Shown here: positions 10,050 through 20,360 of the stretch, piece by piece
Position numbering within the stretch: position 1 is the first letter of the stretch
Layout: every line of letters begins with the position of its first letter
DNA from: Actinomycetales bacterium
Lineage (GTDB): Bacteria; Actinomycetota; Actinomycetes; S36-B12; UBA5976
Length of the DNA stretch: 64,000 nucleotides
Reading direction: 5' to 3'
Assembly (NCBI GenBank): GCA_027484085.1
Contig: JAIXQF010000004.1
Location: forward strand, 1,768 to 65,767
Notes under the pieces: model-generated
The model's input: the letters and a program-made list of their open reading frames with translations, nothing else
What the model was told of the DNA's origin: nothing
Database searches by the model: none
Made by a program: the position numbers and the translations under genes

Positions 10050-10346
10050 ATGGCTGAGTATCAAATCACTTACTGGCGCGACTTTCCTTCAATGGTTGTT
10101 GCGCGCAGTGGTGACGAAACCGTAAAGGTATCGCTTGCGAGTCGCTTTCAAGAAGCAATTGACGAGGCAGCGATGAGATTAGATGCTGCAGATGCAGATG
10201 CGTATCTTGACGGTTGGATTCGTAGTGATTGGACTTCCATAGATGGCGAGCCCGCCGAAGTTGCAGAACGAATTAGCGCTGACTTAGAAAATTCACTTGA
10301 TGAGGCAGCACTCCAAGGAATGCTAGACAAGCTTTCCTCGCAATAA
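10050..10346 (+). CDS. Small conserved protein of the family annotated as 'virulence factor' (PF13769-like, ID recalled from memory)
   Basis: 98 aa. ITYWRDFPSMVV...RFQEAIDEAAM...DAYLDGW matches my recollection of this family, which often sits beside homocysteine S-methyltransferase genes. Confidence 0.5.
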   Translation: MAEYQITYWRDFPSMVVARSGDETVKVSLASRFQEAIDEAAMRLDAADADAYLDGWIRSDWTSIDGEPAEVAERISADLENSLDEAALQGMLDKLSSQ

Positions 10347-10381
10347 CTTCAATTCCAACTTTCCTAATACAAGGAGCAGGC

Positions 10382-11266
10382 ATGGCAAACGTTTATGAAT
10401 GGCTAGATTCAGGCAATCCACTTGTAGGAGACGGTGCTATGGGCACTGCACTTCAAGATCTTGGACTTACAGATGGTGGCGCTCCAGAGTTATGGAATGT
10501 CGAAGAGGCCGCCAAGGTTGCCTCAGTTTTGCAGGGCTATGCCGAAGCTGGTGCAAATGTCTTAACCACAAATACTTTTGGTGGCACTAAAGGCCGACTG
10601 GAAATGCATGATCTTGGTGACCGTGTTTTCGAACTAAACAAAGCCGGCTCCGAAGTCGCACGTTCTGTTGCTGACAAATTCGAAAACATGTTTGTATTTG
10701 GCGACGTCGGTCCATCTGGAGAATTAATGGAGCCAATGGGAACGCTCACTCCAGAATCTGGCCAAGCACTTTTTGCTGAACAGATAAAGGGCCTAGTGGC
10801 AGGTGGCTGCGATGCAATCTTGATCGAAACCATGAGCGACCTTGGTGAAGTTTCTGCTGCGGTAGCTGCTGCAAAAGAAGTTGCTCCTGGCATGCCAATC
10901 GTGGCAACTATGAGTTTTGATACGAACTTACGCACCATGATGGGCGTTAAGCCTGCCCAAGCGATAACTGAAATTGCGGCAATGGGTGTTCGCTTGATTG
11001 GTGCAAACTGTGGCCGCGGCACCGATGAAATGAGCATCATCGCAAGTGAACTTGCGGCAGCCAAGCCTGCGGATGTGCACGTATTCATCCAATCCAATGC
11101 TGGCTTGCCACAACTAGTCGGCGCAGATTTCGTTTACACAGGTACACCTTCTGATATGGGCGAGTTTGCCAATGAAATGAAAGCACTTGGAATCAACGCA
11201 ATTGGTTCATGCTGTGGTTCAACGCATGAACACACTGCAGCCATTGCAGGCGCACTTAAGTCCTAA
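10382..11266 (+). CDS. Homocysteine S-methyltransferase-domain protein (stand-alone MetH-N/BHMT-like)
   Basis: 294 aa. NTFGGT, zinc-ligand cysteines in GANCG and SCCGST. Confidence 0.85.
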   Translation: MANVYEWLDSGNPLVGDGAMGTALQDLGLTDGGAPELWNVEEAAKVASVLQGYAEAGANVLTTNTFGGTKGRLEMHDLGDRVFELNKAGSEVARSVADKFENMFVFGDVGPSGELMEPMGTLTPESGQALFAEQIKGLVAGGCDAILIETMSDLGEVSAAVAAAKEVAPGMPIVATMSFDTNLRTMMGVKPAQAITEIAAMGVRLIGANCGRGTDEMSIIASELAAAKPADVHVFIQSNAGLPQLVGADFVYTGTPSDMGEFANEMKALGINAIGSCCGSTHEHTAAIAGALKS

Positions 11267-11920
11267 ATGACTGAAGCACCAGATCGAGGCGAGTTAGGCC
11301 CTGGCGAGTTTTATCCAGTGGTCGGCGTAGGACCACATCCATTGCCTTGGCCCACCGATGCGCATTTTGATCCTGAGCTGTTAGAGCTTGGTGATCGCCG
11401 AAATGTGGTGGACAAATATCGCTATTGGTCAGTTGAGGCAATTGTTGCTGACCTTGATAAGTCCAGAGCCAAACTTCACATCGCAATTGAGAATTGGCAA
11501 CATGACTTAAACATTGGATCTGTAGTTCGAACTGCAAATGCATTCAACGTTTCTGCAGTTCACATTGTTGGTAAGAAGGGCTGGAATCGACGCGGCGCCA
11601 TGGTCACCGATCGATACCTACATCTAATGCATCACCCAACTGTTGCGGAATTCATTCAGTGGTCCGAGGAAAAAAACGTTCCGATCATTGGCATCGACAA
11701 TGTGCCCGGTTGCGGAAACATTGAGAACTCGGTCTTGCCTGAATCCTGTGTTCTTTACTTTGGGCAGGAAGGTCCTGGACTCTCGCCTGAAGGAATCGCT
11801 GCATGTTCCCAAATTCTTGGAATCACCCAAAGTGGTTCAACCAGATCTATGAATGCATCAGCAGCTGGTGCAATTGCGATGTATGCCTGGGCCATGCAAA
11901 ATGTTCACGCACAAAACTAA
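11267..11920 (+). CDS. TrmH/SpoU-family RNA 2'-O-methyltransferase
   Basis: 217 aa. SVVRTANAF, FGQEGPGLS and SMNASAAGAIAMY motifs. The start abuts the previous stop. Confidence 0.85.
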   Translation: MTEAPDRGELGPGEFYPVVGVGPHPLPWPTDAHFDPELLELGDRRNVVDKYRYWSVEAIVADLDKSRAKLHIAIENWQHDLNIGSVVRTANAFNVSAVHIVGKKGWNRRGAMVTDRYLHLMHHPTVAEFIQWSEEKNVPIIGIDNVPGCGNIENSVLPESCVLYFGQEGPGLSPEGIAACSQILGITQSGSTRSMNASAAGAIAMYAWAMQNVHAQN

Positions 11921-13947
11921 CTAACTTTTGTTTTTACCGAATTGGATTTGGTTGAGTACAACCCTGATTGGGAATAAGTCACAACTCGAAAAATGTATTC
12001 ACGCTTTGAGTTCAGTCGGATTGAAAATGAAGCCTTACCAAATGCATTCGTGTACTTCGACTGCTTTGTAACCCACTTGCCTCGATACAGCATTTGAAGC
12101 GCTAGTTTTTGTCCAGAAACATTTGTGCCATTGACGGCCTTCATGGTGGAAGACATCACGAGTGATCGACCTTGCTTAGTCGTTGCCGGGACTTTTGCAA
12201 TCACAATTGTCGAGCTCGTAAATCCTTGAGCAATTAGTGCCCTTTGCACAGATTTACAGGAAGTTGCTGTAAATCCAGGAACTCTTGCATTCACTAACGT
12301 GAAGCAAGCGTTATTCATTGCTCTACCGAATTCAAAATAGTTAGCTGTTGGCGTTAAATTACTTACGGTTGCAAAAACCAGTTTGGACATTCGAACCGTG
12401 CCCTGGCATTCGCTTACAACATCGCATAGATCATTGTTTGTAACTGAGTTTGCATTTGATCCAAGTGCCGATATGTTTGCCGTGCCGACGGTTCCGCCGT
12501 TGGCGAGTAAAAAGGCAAGTCGATTAACGGGTCCGCTGTTATCGTGACTATCTCCAACTCTCCAGGCCCGATCTATTTTCAACACTGATGGTTGTCGGAG
12601 ATTTCGAATTCCATTGACTTGATAATCTTCGGCTATCTTCCAGGCAGGATCCGCGACTTCACCGGGCGCAACACTTAATTGATCCATAGCTTCACCGAAG
12701 ATGTCAGAAATTGCCTCACTCAATGCTGCTGTTTCAGAACTATCTGGCATTGCAGTATTAAAGGCCAGCGCAAAGGAAACACCATGTGCAAGTTCGTGCG
12801 CAATCACATCATCGCTGTGATCGTAATCTCTGCCAAGAAAGATTCCACTACATGCACCGGAACGGCAATCTGAAGAACTCCACGGGACCCAAAATGCATT
12901 TCCATACGGGCATGATCCATAAGTACCATCAGTTGCACAAACATCAATGAATGCACTGATGCGGGGAGTTAAGTCGCCGTTTACAGATTGGGAAATGTTT
13001 CCTAAGTATTGTTCTTCGTTGATGTCTATGCCGAGGACAGAATCGAAATAGTTCCAAGTTCTGATTATGTTTTGCTTTGCAGTATCAGTCGATGGCACAC
13101 CGAGGCCAGAAGTGTTTACTCCGCAAAGCGGTAGACCTTGTGAGGCAAGAGATACATTTACATATCTATTCCTATTGATATCTGCCGTTACGCCTGTCGG
13201 CAGCGCGTAACCTGGCGTTGACATATCAACCTGCAGGTCACATACAAATGGATCAGCCGTTATACCGCGGACAAACGGCAGCGATGACAAAACCTGCATT
13301 CCATCTTGCGATAGATATGTCATTGAAATTGATGCAGCGTTATTCATTTCTGAAGTAGATGCTCGCCAAGCCAAATACTTTCCACTTGGAACATCATCCA
13401 CTAATGCGCTATCCACTATTACTAGATCCAAGTCAGAAACTATGACCTGATGACTAGAGATGCCTTGGTGTTGCGCAAGTTTTAATTTCAGCAAGCTTGT
13501 TGCTTCTGCTGCGCTTAGTTCCGGTTGGGTATTTCCAAAATAATCGGAAATTGATTTTGTGTAAGACAGCAGAGATCCATCTGCGTTTACCGTAACTGCC
13601 AGAAGGGAGTTAGCTACTTCGATGTCATTAATCGTCTGCCCAAATCTCACCACGGTAATTCCAGCAATTCCATCAATAGATATCGTTGGTTGGAATTGAT
13701 TTGGATCAATACCCCAGTTGGCAGCATTAGCAATTAAATGTGCCCGGGCAGCTTTAACCGCATCACGCTCAATACGTCCAGGTGATTCAGGGCTCGACAC
13801 AACGCCGGATTCAATCAACGCAGTTGTGGTTGGTGAGGGATTCGGCCCTGAAATTGCATTTGCGGGCTGGGTTGTCATGCCTCCAGCAAGTAGCGCAAAG
13901 CTGAGCAGGTAAAGACCGCATCTTTTTGCACTGAGGAAGTTGCTCAC
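11917..13947 (-). CDS. Secreted M4 (thermolysin-like) zinc metalloprotease
   Basis: 676 aa. Signal peptide ending PANA, HELAHG zinc motif followed by ALSEAISDIFGE (third ligand Glu), propeptide-like N-terminal region, Lys-rich beta-type C-terminal domain. GTG start. Confidence 0.8.
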   Translation of the reverse strand: MSNFLSAKRCGLYLLSFALLAGGMTTQPANAISGPNPSPTTTALIESGVVSSPESPGRIERDAVKAARAHLIANAANWGIDPNQFQPTISIDGIAGITVVRFGQTINDIEVANSLLAVTVNADGSLLSYTKSISDYFGNTQPELSAAEATSLLKLKLAQHQGISSHQVIVSDLDLVIVDSALVDDVPSGKYLAWRASTSEMNNAASISMTYLSQDGMQVLSSLPFVRGITADPFVCDLQVDMSTPGYALPTGVTADINRNRYVNVSLASQGLPLCGVNTSGLGVPSTDTAKQNIIRTWNYFDSVLGIDINEEQYLGNISQSVNGDLTPRISAFIDVCATDGTYGSCPYGNAFWVPWSSSDCRSGACSGIFLGRDYDHSDDVIAHELAHGVSFALAFNTAMPDSSETAALSEAISDIFGEAMDQLSVAPGEVADPAWKIAEDYQVNGIRNLRQPSVLKIDRAWRVGDSHDNSGPVNRLAFLLANGGTVGTANISALGSNANSVTNNDLCDVVSECQGTVRMSKLVFATVSNLTPTANYFEFGRAMNNACFTLVNARVPGFTATSCKSVQRALIAQGFTSSTIVIAKVPATTKQGRSLVMSSTMKAVNGTNVSGQKLALQMLYRGKWVTKQSKYTNAFGKASFSIRLNSKREYIFRVVTYSQSGLYSTKSNSVKTKVS

Positions 13948-14081
13948 ACATCCAATCTACGTCAGATGCTGAAAAATGCTGACCCACCTAAATCCAAGAA
14001 CCGCCCAAGAATGCAGGGTGCGGTAGTCTGCAATTACCCACAAATAAGGCCCACATTGGGTGTTTACGAAGGCGATCAAAT

Positions 14082-16277
14082 ATGAGCGATTCAATGACCT
14101 TGCGACTAGTAGTAGGTCTGGCCATCACGATAGTGCTTTCTGCACTTGCCTTGAAGCGTTTGTGGTTCTTGAATCAATTGGTTCGAAGCGGTGAACCTGC
14201 TGTGGATCGCACAGCGCAAAAACGAGTTCGCGCAAAAGCTGAGGTCACCGAGGTTTTTGGTCAGAAGAAGCTTTTAGCTTGGACTGTTCCTGGCATCGCT
14301 CACGTTTTGGCGTTCTGGGGATTCATAGTTTTGTCCTTAACTATTGTCGAGGCTTTCGGCGCATTGTTTGACTCGGAATTTGCAATTCCAGTTATTGGCC
14401 GTTCCCCAATTGTGGGTTTCGCTGAAGACTTGTTTTCAATTTTTGTACTAATTGGTATTGCGATGTTTGCAATCATCCGGCTATTTAGAAATCCAGTAAA
14501 GCTAGGCCGTGAATCACGTTTCTACGGATCACATACGGGCGCCGCTTGGTTTGTACTTTTCATGATCTTCAATGTGGTTTGGACTCTGCTGTTATATCGT
14601 GGCGCGCAATACAACGTAAGTGCTGAATTAGGTACCAATAACTTCCCATTCATGGCGGGTGGCGCATTCGCTTCCGAAGCAACCGCTGCACTATTGCAGC
14701 CACTTGGTCTACATACGAATGAGTGGCTGGAAATGATTGGCCTTTGGCTAAACATTGGGGTAATCCTTGGCTTCTTAGTTTTGGCGCTTCATAGCAAGCA
14801 CTTGCACATTGGCGCTGCGCCATTAAACGTTTTGTTTAGTCGCCGACCAAATGCACTTGGACCACTGCTTCCGATTTATACCGGCAAAGAAGTTTTGAAC
14901 TTTGAGGATCCAGCCGATGATGCAATTTTTGGTCGCGGAAAAATTGAGGACTTTACGTGGAAAGGTAACTTAGACCTTTTAAGTTGCACCGAGTGTGGTC
15001 GCTGTCAAGATCAATGCCCAGCGTGGAATACCGGAAAACCACTAAGTCCAAAACTCATGATCATGGATCTTCGCGATCATCTATTTGCAAAAGCTCCTTA
15101 CATTCTTGCTGGCAGTGACGACTCAAAACTTGAAGGTATGAGCGCTGCAGTTCAAGCTGAAGTAGCCCGACCTATGGTTGGCTCTCGCTCCGATGATCCA
15201 AACGCATTAACTGATGGTTACGACGCTACTGGTCACCGCTCGAGTGAGGGTGCTGTCATTGATTACGATGCACTTTGGTCCTGCACATCTTGTGGTGCCT
15301 GTGTTCAGCAATGCCCAGTCGACATTGAACATGTGGATCACTTCATGGATCTTCGTCGTCATCAAGTTCTCGTGGAATCTGAATTTCCTGCCGAACTAAA
15401 CGGACTATTCAAGAACCTGGAAACCAAGGGAAATCCATGGGGAATGAACACCAGTGGACGTTTGACCTGGATTGAAGAGGTGGAATTCCCAGTTCGGGTA
15501 TTTGGCATGGATGGTGAAGACAAGATTCCTGCTGATGTTGAGTACCTATTCTGGGTTGGCTGCGCCGGTGCGTATGACGATCGTGCCAAGCGCACAACAA
15601 AAGCAGTGGCTGAATTACTTCATACTGCGGGAATTGAATTCATGGTTCTCGGTGAAGGTGAGACCTGTACTGGAGATCCTGCCCGTCGCGCTGGTAACGA
15701 ATTCCTGTATCAAATGCAGGCCGCCCAAAACGTTGAGGTACTTAATGAAATTGGTGCAAAGCGAATTGTTGTCACCTGCCCGCATTGCTTGAACACAATT
15801 GCCCGCGAGTACCCACAACTTGGTGGTGACTACGAAGTTGTGCACCACACGGTTTTGCTAAATCAGCTCGTCTCTGAGAATCGTCTGACTATGTTGACTC
15901 CTGAAGATGAAACAGTTACCTACCACGATCCGTGTTACCTAGGTCGTCACAACAAGATCTACATGCCACCTCGCGAATTGATTACAAACATGCCAGGCAT
16001 CAACTTGGTTGAAATGGATCGCAACAAAGAAAAGTCATTCTGTTGTGGTGCTGGTGGCGGCCGAATGTGGATGGAAGAAACTATCGGAACTCGCGTAAAC
16101 ATGAATCGTGGCGATGAAGCACTTTCCACTGGCGCAACCAAGATTGCCGTTGCATGCCCGTTCTGTTCTGTGATGCTAAATGATGCTGTAACTGTTCGCG
16201 GTCAGGAAGCTGGTGGCGATCCGGCTGCTGAAGTTGTTGACGTTGCAACTTTGCTTTTGGATCGAGTCAAGCGCTAG
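14082..16277 (+). CDS. Membrane-anchored Fe-S oxidoreductase (HdrD/GlpC/DsrK-like, Rv0338c-like)
   Basis: 731 aa. N-terminal polytopic membrane domain, two CxxCxxCxxxCP ferredoxin motifs ([24 protein letters not shown]), two CCG-type Cys-rich domains (CPHC, DPCYLG, CCGAGGG, CPFC). Confidence 0.85.
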   Translation: MSDSMTLRLVVGLAITIVLSALALKRLWFLNQLVRSGEPAVDRTAQKRVRAKAEVTEVFGQKKLLAWTVPGIAHVLAFWGFIVLSLTIVEAFGALFDSEFAIPVIGRSPIVGFAEDLFSIFVLIGIAMFAIIRLFRNPVKLGRESRFYGSHTGAAWFVLFMIFNVVWTLLLYRGAQYNVSAELGTNNFPFMAGGAFASEATAALLQPLGLHTNEWLEMIGLWLNIGVILGFLVLALHSKHLHIGAAPLNVLFSRRPNALGPLLPIYTGKEVLNFEDPADDAIFGRGKIEDFTWKGNLDLLSCTECGRCQDQCPAWNTGKPLSPKLMIMDLRDHLFAKAPYILAGSDDSKLEGMSAAVQAEVARPMVGSRSDDPNALTDGYDATGHRSSEGAVIDYDALWSCTSCGACVQQCPVDIEHVDHFMDLRRHQVLVESEFPAELNGLFKNLETKGNPWGMNTSGRLTWIEEVEFPVRVFGMDGEDKIPADVEYLFWVGCAGAYDDRAKRTTKAVAELLHTAGIEFMVLGEGETCTGDPARRAGNEFLYQMQAAQNVEVLNEIGAKRIVVTCPHCLNTIAREYPQLGGDYEVVHHTVLLNQLVSENRLTMLTPEDETVTYHDPCYLGRHNKIYMPPRELITNMPGINLVEMDRNKEKSFCCGAGGGRMWMEETIGTRVNMNRGDEALSTGATKIAVACPFCSVMLNDAVTVRGQEAGGDPAAEVVDVATLLLDRVKR

Positions 16278-16852
16278 GAAATTATTGTCCTATGAAAGTT
16301 TGCATGTGAACGGCTTGGTGTTGGGCCACGCTGACCTTGGTATCTTGAGCCGTAAACGCTAGAGCCATATGGGTGTTCCGCTTCGGAACTCATTTGGAAG
16401 AAGCAAACCTGACCGATTTTCATTCCTGGGTAAAGAAGAATTGGCAAGGTTGCAACATTTGCGAGTTCTAAAGTTACGTGCCCTGAAAAACCAGGATCAA
16501 TAAATCCTGCAGTTGAGTGTGTGAGCAGACCGAGTCGTCCCAAACTTGATTTACCTTCAAGTCGCGCTGCAATGTTGGTTGGCAATGTGACGACTTCGTA
16601 AGTGCTACCAAGAACAAATTCGCCCGGGTGCAAAACAAATGGTTCTTCGCCGTTAGCTTCAACTTCGCGCGTTAAGTCTGTTTGCTCGACCGAAGGATCT
16701 ATGTGTGGGTAGCGATGATTTTCAAACACTCGGAAGAATTTGTCCAGGCGCACATCAATGCTGGAGGGCTGAACCATCGCTGGTTCGTATGGGTCAATTC
16801 CAACCCGGCCCGACTCAATTTCGGTCTTTATGTCTTTGTCAGATAACAACAC
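16274..16852 (-). CDS. dcd: dCTP deaminase
   Basis: The track ORF extends to 16969. GTG 16852 gives the canonical VLLSDKDI N-terminus. PSSIDVRLD and [14 protein letters not shown] motifs. Confidence 0.9.
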   Translation of the reverse strand: MLLSDKDIKTEIESGRVGIDPYEPAMVQPSSIDVRLDKFFRVFENHRYPHIDPSVEQTDLTREVEANGEEPFVLHPGEFVLGSTYEVVTLPTNIAARLEGKSSLGRLGLLTHSTAGFIDPGFSGHVTLELANVATLPILLYPGMKIGQVCFFQMSSEAEHPYGSSVYGSRYQGQRGPTPSRSHANFHRTIIS

Positions 16853-17005
16853 GTGATCAAGATTACTCAACGAGTGCCCAAGCCGTGCTGACAGGTCGAA
16901 ATAGTGAAAAAACTCAATGTGGGCGGGGGAAATATCCCAGCCAAGCGGCTTTTCAAGGCCGCCAAGCAATTCGATTACTGATACTTGCTCGCGTAATCTT
17001 AAGAC

Positions 17006-17587
17006 ATGACTTCACTTTCGAAATTAACCCGAATCCTTGGCTCGGTTCTATTGGTAGGCCTAGGAACACTGCTTCCTATGACGGCAGCAAACGCCCATAC
17101 CGATTTAGTGAACACCACACCTGTTGCTGACTCTGACGTTCTAGCTTCCGAACCCATTATTTCCCTTACGTTTGCCGAGCCAGTTTTAGTTGATGGCGCC
17201 GCGATTGTTGTGTTGAATTCAGCCGGTGACACACTGAATACTCCAACCCCAACGCTTGAGGGTGCAACTATCTCAATTCCTTGGCCAGTTGATCTAACGC
17301 CTGGTCAAGTTACGGTTCAATGGCGAGCTACCGGCCAAGATGGTCACGTGCTGACTGGTGAATTTGGTTTCAATTACACCGCAGCAGCCGAAGGTGGCAT
17401 GGCACCGAATCCAACAAATAGTGCAGTACCAACTGAGTCAGAAGCTACTGCCACACCTGAAACAGTTGCGATGCCACTTGGAGCCGAAGATTCAGCTGCT
17501 GGAAGTAACAACCTTGTAATCGGAATTGCGATCGTGTCCTTAGTAGGACTTGTGGCAGCAGGTATGTTCCTTCGACGTAGTAAGTAA
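17006..17587 (+). CDS. CopC-domain copper-binding protein, exported with C-terminal membrane anchor
   Basis: 193 aa. Signal peptide ending ANA followed by HTDLVNTTP (mature N-terminal His, typical of CopC/YobA) and a C-terminal TM helix. Confidence 0.8.
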   Translation: MTSLSKLTRILGSVLLVGLGTLLPMTAANAHTDLVNTTPVADSDVLASEPIISLTFAEPVLVDGAAIVVLNSAGDTLNTPTPTLEGATISIPWPVDLTPGQVTVQWRATGQDGHVLTGEFGFNYTAAAEGGMAPNPTNSAVPTESEATATPETVAMPLGAEDSAAGSNNLVIGIAIVSLVGLVAAGMFLRRSK

Positions 17588-17594
17588 GGCTTCT

Positions 17595-19544
17595 ATGAAG
17601 AGTGTTATTGCAAGACTAGGAATCTTCCTGCTTGCAATATCCTCTTTCTCTGCTGTTCTTATCTATGGCGGCGCTGCTTGGGCTCCACTTCCGGACGGCA
17701 TTCCTGATTCAGGTCAGGCCACAAGTTGGACTTTGCAACTCGCAGTCCTGGCGCATGTGGTGCTCGGGCTTCGAGTTTTTGGATTGCTTGTGACCTGGAC
17801 CTTTATCGCACCAACTTCCAGTGAAACAATCTCGCGTGAAGGTCGTTCGGCAATCTTGTACGCAAGTGCGATCGCTGGACTATGGTCGTTCTCTGCGATT
17901 GTTGCTGGCTTAGCAACGATGGCAAATGTCTTGGGTGTTCCATTAAAGGAAGTCTTTCGCCAAGGATTTATTGCAACGTACTTGATGTCTCTTCCACCTT
18001 CTCGAAGTTACATAATCACAGCGCTCATAGCATTGGCGATTGCAGCAGCTGGTATTTTCTTAGTTTCCCTTAACTCAATTGCACTCTTAGCTGCTTTGGC
18101 TGGTGCTGGTATCGCATCGCCACTTTTGAATAGTCATGCCGCATCACTTGGAAGTCACTCCTTAGCAATAACTACATCAGTTGCACATGGCTTGGCAATG
18201 AGTGCCTGGGTGGGCTGCCTGTGGGCTGTTTCGAGTTTTGTAAAAGGTAAGGATCTTAAGGTTGTGGCTCGCTTTTCGGCACTTGCTGCAACCAGCGTTG
18301 GCGTGCTTGCTATTTCAGGAGTTGCCGCTGCATATGCGCGACTCGATTCAATCAGCGATCTTTGGCTTAGTCGCTACGGACAAATCACTGTTTTGAAGGT
18401 TGTATTCTTCGCGATCCTAATGATCCTGGCTATTCAAATCCGAGCCCGACTAACTTCAACAGGCAGTCTGAAAAAGTTCTTGTCACTGGAAATCTCAATT
18501 ATGGCTATCGCTATCGGTGTTGGCGTAGCCCTTCATTCCACCCCAATGAGCCGCGAATCAGCGCCATTTAATTCCGCTGGTGAGGAAATCCTTGGTTTTG
18601 CATATCCGCCACCGCCAACCATTTCTACAGTCATCCTTGGTTGGAATCCGGAATGGTTTATGTTGACCGCAAGTTTGGTTGCCGCATCTCTTTACTCATT
18701 TGGTTTGATTCGTCTCAATCAAAATCAAATCAAGTGGAGCGCGTTGCGCACAATTTCCTTCATGGTCGGAATTGGTTTAGTTATTTGGACTACTAATGCT
18801 GGAATCAGCATGTATTCAAAGGTGTCTTTTGAGTACCACATGATTCAGCACATGACTCTTTCCATGATTGCTCCCATTTTCATTACCCTGGGAACACCGA
18901 TAACTTTGGCACTTCGCGCTCTCCCAGCTCAGAAAACTTCTGAACATAGAAGTATTCGGGAATGGATTTTAGCTTTGCTCCACAGTGGTTATTCAAACCT
19001 AATAACTCATCCACTAATGGTTTTGGCAATCTTTACATTTGGTTTGTATGGCATGTACTTCACTCCGCTGTTTGCCACATTAATGGGGAGTCACACTGGA
19101 CACATCTTTATGGAGCTTCACTTCTTGATTTCGGGTCTGTTGTTCTCGTACGTTGTAATTGGCGCAGATCCAAGTCCTCGCAAAGTTCCGTATTGGGCCA
19201 GGCTCATGATCGTGTTGGTAGGACTTTCGCTTCATGCCTTCTTTGCAATTGCAATCATGCAGTCGAGTGAACCAATCGGTGTTGACTGGTACATCCAAGT
19301 GCAGCCACCCTGGATTACAGATCTGATTGCAGATACAACAGCTGGTGGCAGCATTGCCTGGGCACTAGGTGAGATTCCGACTTTCTTACTTCTAGTGATT
19401 GTGGCTGTGATGTGGTCGCGTAGCGATACCCGATTGGCCAAACAGCTAGATCGCGCTGCGGATCGTGATGGGGATGCGGAACTAAAGGCGTATAACGCAC
19501 AGCTAAGTGAATTGAACAGCAGAGACAATTCGACTAACGAATAA
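17595..19544 (+). CDS. CopD / cytochrome-c-oxidase-assembly CtaG-like fusion membrane protein
   Basis: ATG 17595 is preferred over the track start 17550, which overlaps copC. About 650 aa polytopic protein. The N-terminal half is CopD-like, the C-terminal half caa3-CtaG-like (HMIQHMTLSMIAP). Confidence 0.78.
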   Translation: MKSVIARLGIFLLAISSFSAVLIYGGAAWAPLPDGIPDSGQATSWTLQLAVLAHVVLGLRVFGLLVTWTFIAPTSSETISREGRSAILYASAIAGLWSFSAIVAGLATMANVLGVPLKEVFRQGFIATYLMSLPPSRSYIITALIALAIAAAGIFLVSLNSIALLAALAGAGIASPLLNSHAASLGSHSLAITTSVAHGLAMSAWVGCLWAVSSFVKGKDLKVVARFSALAATSVGVLAISGVAAAYARLDSISDLWLSRYGQITVLKVVFFAILMILAIQIRARLTSTGSLKKFLSLEISIMAIAIGVGVALHSTPMSRESAPFNSAGEEILGFAYPPPPTISTVILGWNPEWFMLTASLVAASLYSFGLIRLNQNQIKWSALRTISFMVGIGLVIWTTNAGISMYSKVSFEYHMIQHMTLSMIAPIFITLGTPITLALRALPAQKTSEHRSIREWILALLHSGYSNLITHPLMVLAIFTFGLYGMYFTPLFATLMGSHTGHIFMELHFLISGLLFSYVVIGADPSPRKVPYWARLMIVLVGLSLHAFFAIAIMQSSEPIGVDWYIQVQPPWITDLIADTTAGGSIAWALGEIPTFLLLVIVAVMWSRSDTRLAKQLDRAADRDGDAELKAYNAQLSELNSRDNSTNE

Positions 19545-20319
19545 ACCGGTCTTTTTGAAATGGGTGTTCGTTTCTAAAGTCAGCAACCTGCGATAGATCA
19601 ATTTCTGCGTAAAGGACTTCTTCTTTCTCGCCAGCCTCGGCAATGATTTCGCCACGCGGATTTACGACCATTGAATGTCCGCCCAACATTATGTCACCAT
19701 TAGGGCCAACTTCATTACAAGCAATAACCCAAGCTTGGTTTTCAATAGCCCTAGCTTGGTTCAAAACTCGCCAATGATTAATGCGAGGCGTTGGCCAGCC
19801 CGAAGTAATAAGAATTGTTTCTACGCCTTGATCATTCATCCCTCGGAACAATTCAGGGAATCGTAAGTCATAACAAATTGCCAACCCGACGTGACCGACT
19901 GGACTATTGGTGACAGTAACGATTTCGGTTCCACGGTTTAGCAAAATTGCTTCACCATGATCGAAGCCATAAAGATGGATTTTGCGGTAGAACTCGACAA
20001 TATCACCGGACGGATTAATCAAGACTGCAGTGTTTGCCATTCCGCCATCTTGGAGTCTCTCTACGAACGAGCCGCCATGAAGCCAAAAGTTTCCGGTCTT
20101 AGCTCGTTCTTGAAGCGCAGTAACTAACTCACCATCGCGCGGTTGAGCATAAGTTTCGAGAGCGCCTGAGTTGAACGCACCGATATTCCAAAGTTCAGGA
20201 AGCACAACTAGTTCGCATTTACCCTTTTGCTGGTCAACTAAATCTAAAACTCGAGGAACTCTTACTTCCGGAGTCTCGGAATCACTGACATCAACCTGCA
20301 GAAGAGCTACCCGATTCAT
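19534..20319 (-). CDS. Carbon-nitrogen hydrolase (nitrilase superfamily, omega-amidase-like)
   Basis: 261 aa. Catalytic Glu (VLPELW), Lys (YRKIHLY) and Cys (LAICYDLRFPE). Confidence 0.85.
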   Translation of the reverse strand: MNRVALLQVDVSDSETPEVRVPRVLDLVDQQKGKCELVVLPELWNIGAFNSGALETYAQPRDGELVTALQERAKTGNFWLHGGSFVERLQDGGMANTAVLINPSGDIVEFYRKIHLYGFDHGEAILLNRGTEIVTVTNSPVGHVGLAICYDLRFPELFRGMNDQGVETILITSGWPTPRINHWRVLNQARAIENQAWVIACNEVGPNGDIMLGGHSMVVNPRGEIIAEAGEKEEVLYAEIDLSQVADFRNEHPFQKDRFIR

Positions 20320-20360
20320 GGCATCAGTCTAATGAAGAGATTTTGGTGAAACACGTAGAT

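Noticed and set aside
10537-11097. 186-aa reverse ORF inside the homocysteine S-methyltransferase gene.
   Set aside because: It is an antisense artefact. The forward frame has the conserved Zn-ligand and barrel motifs.
16853-17005. GGGAAATATCCC-like sequence between dcd and copC considered as a CsoR/CopY-type copper operator.
   Set aside because: Only 4-bp arms are truly complementary, and no copper regulator gene is nearby. The evidence is too weak to report.
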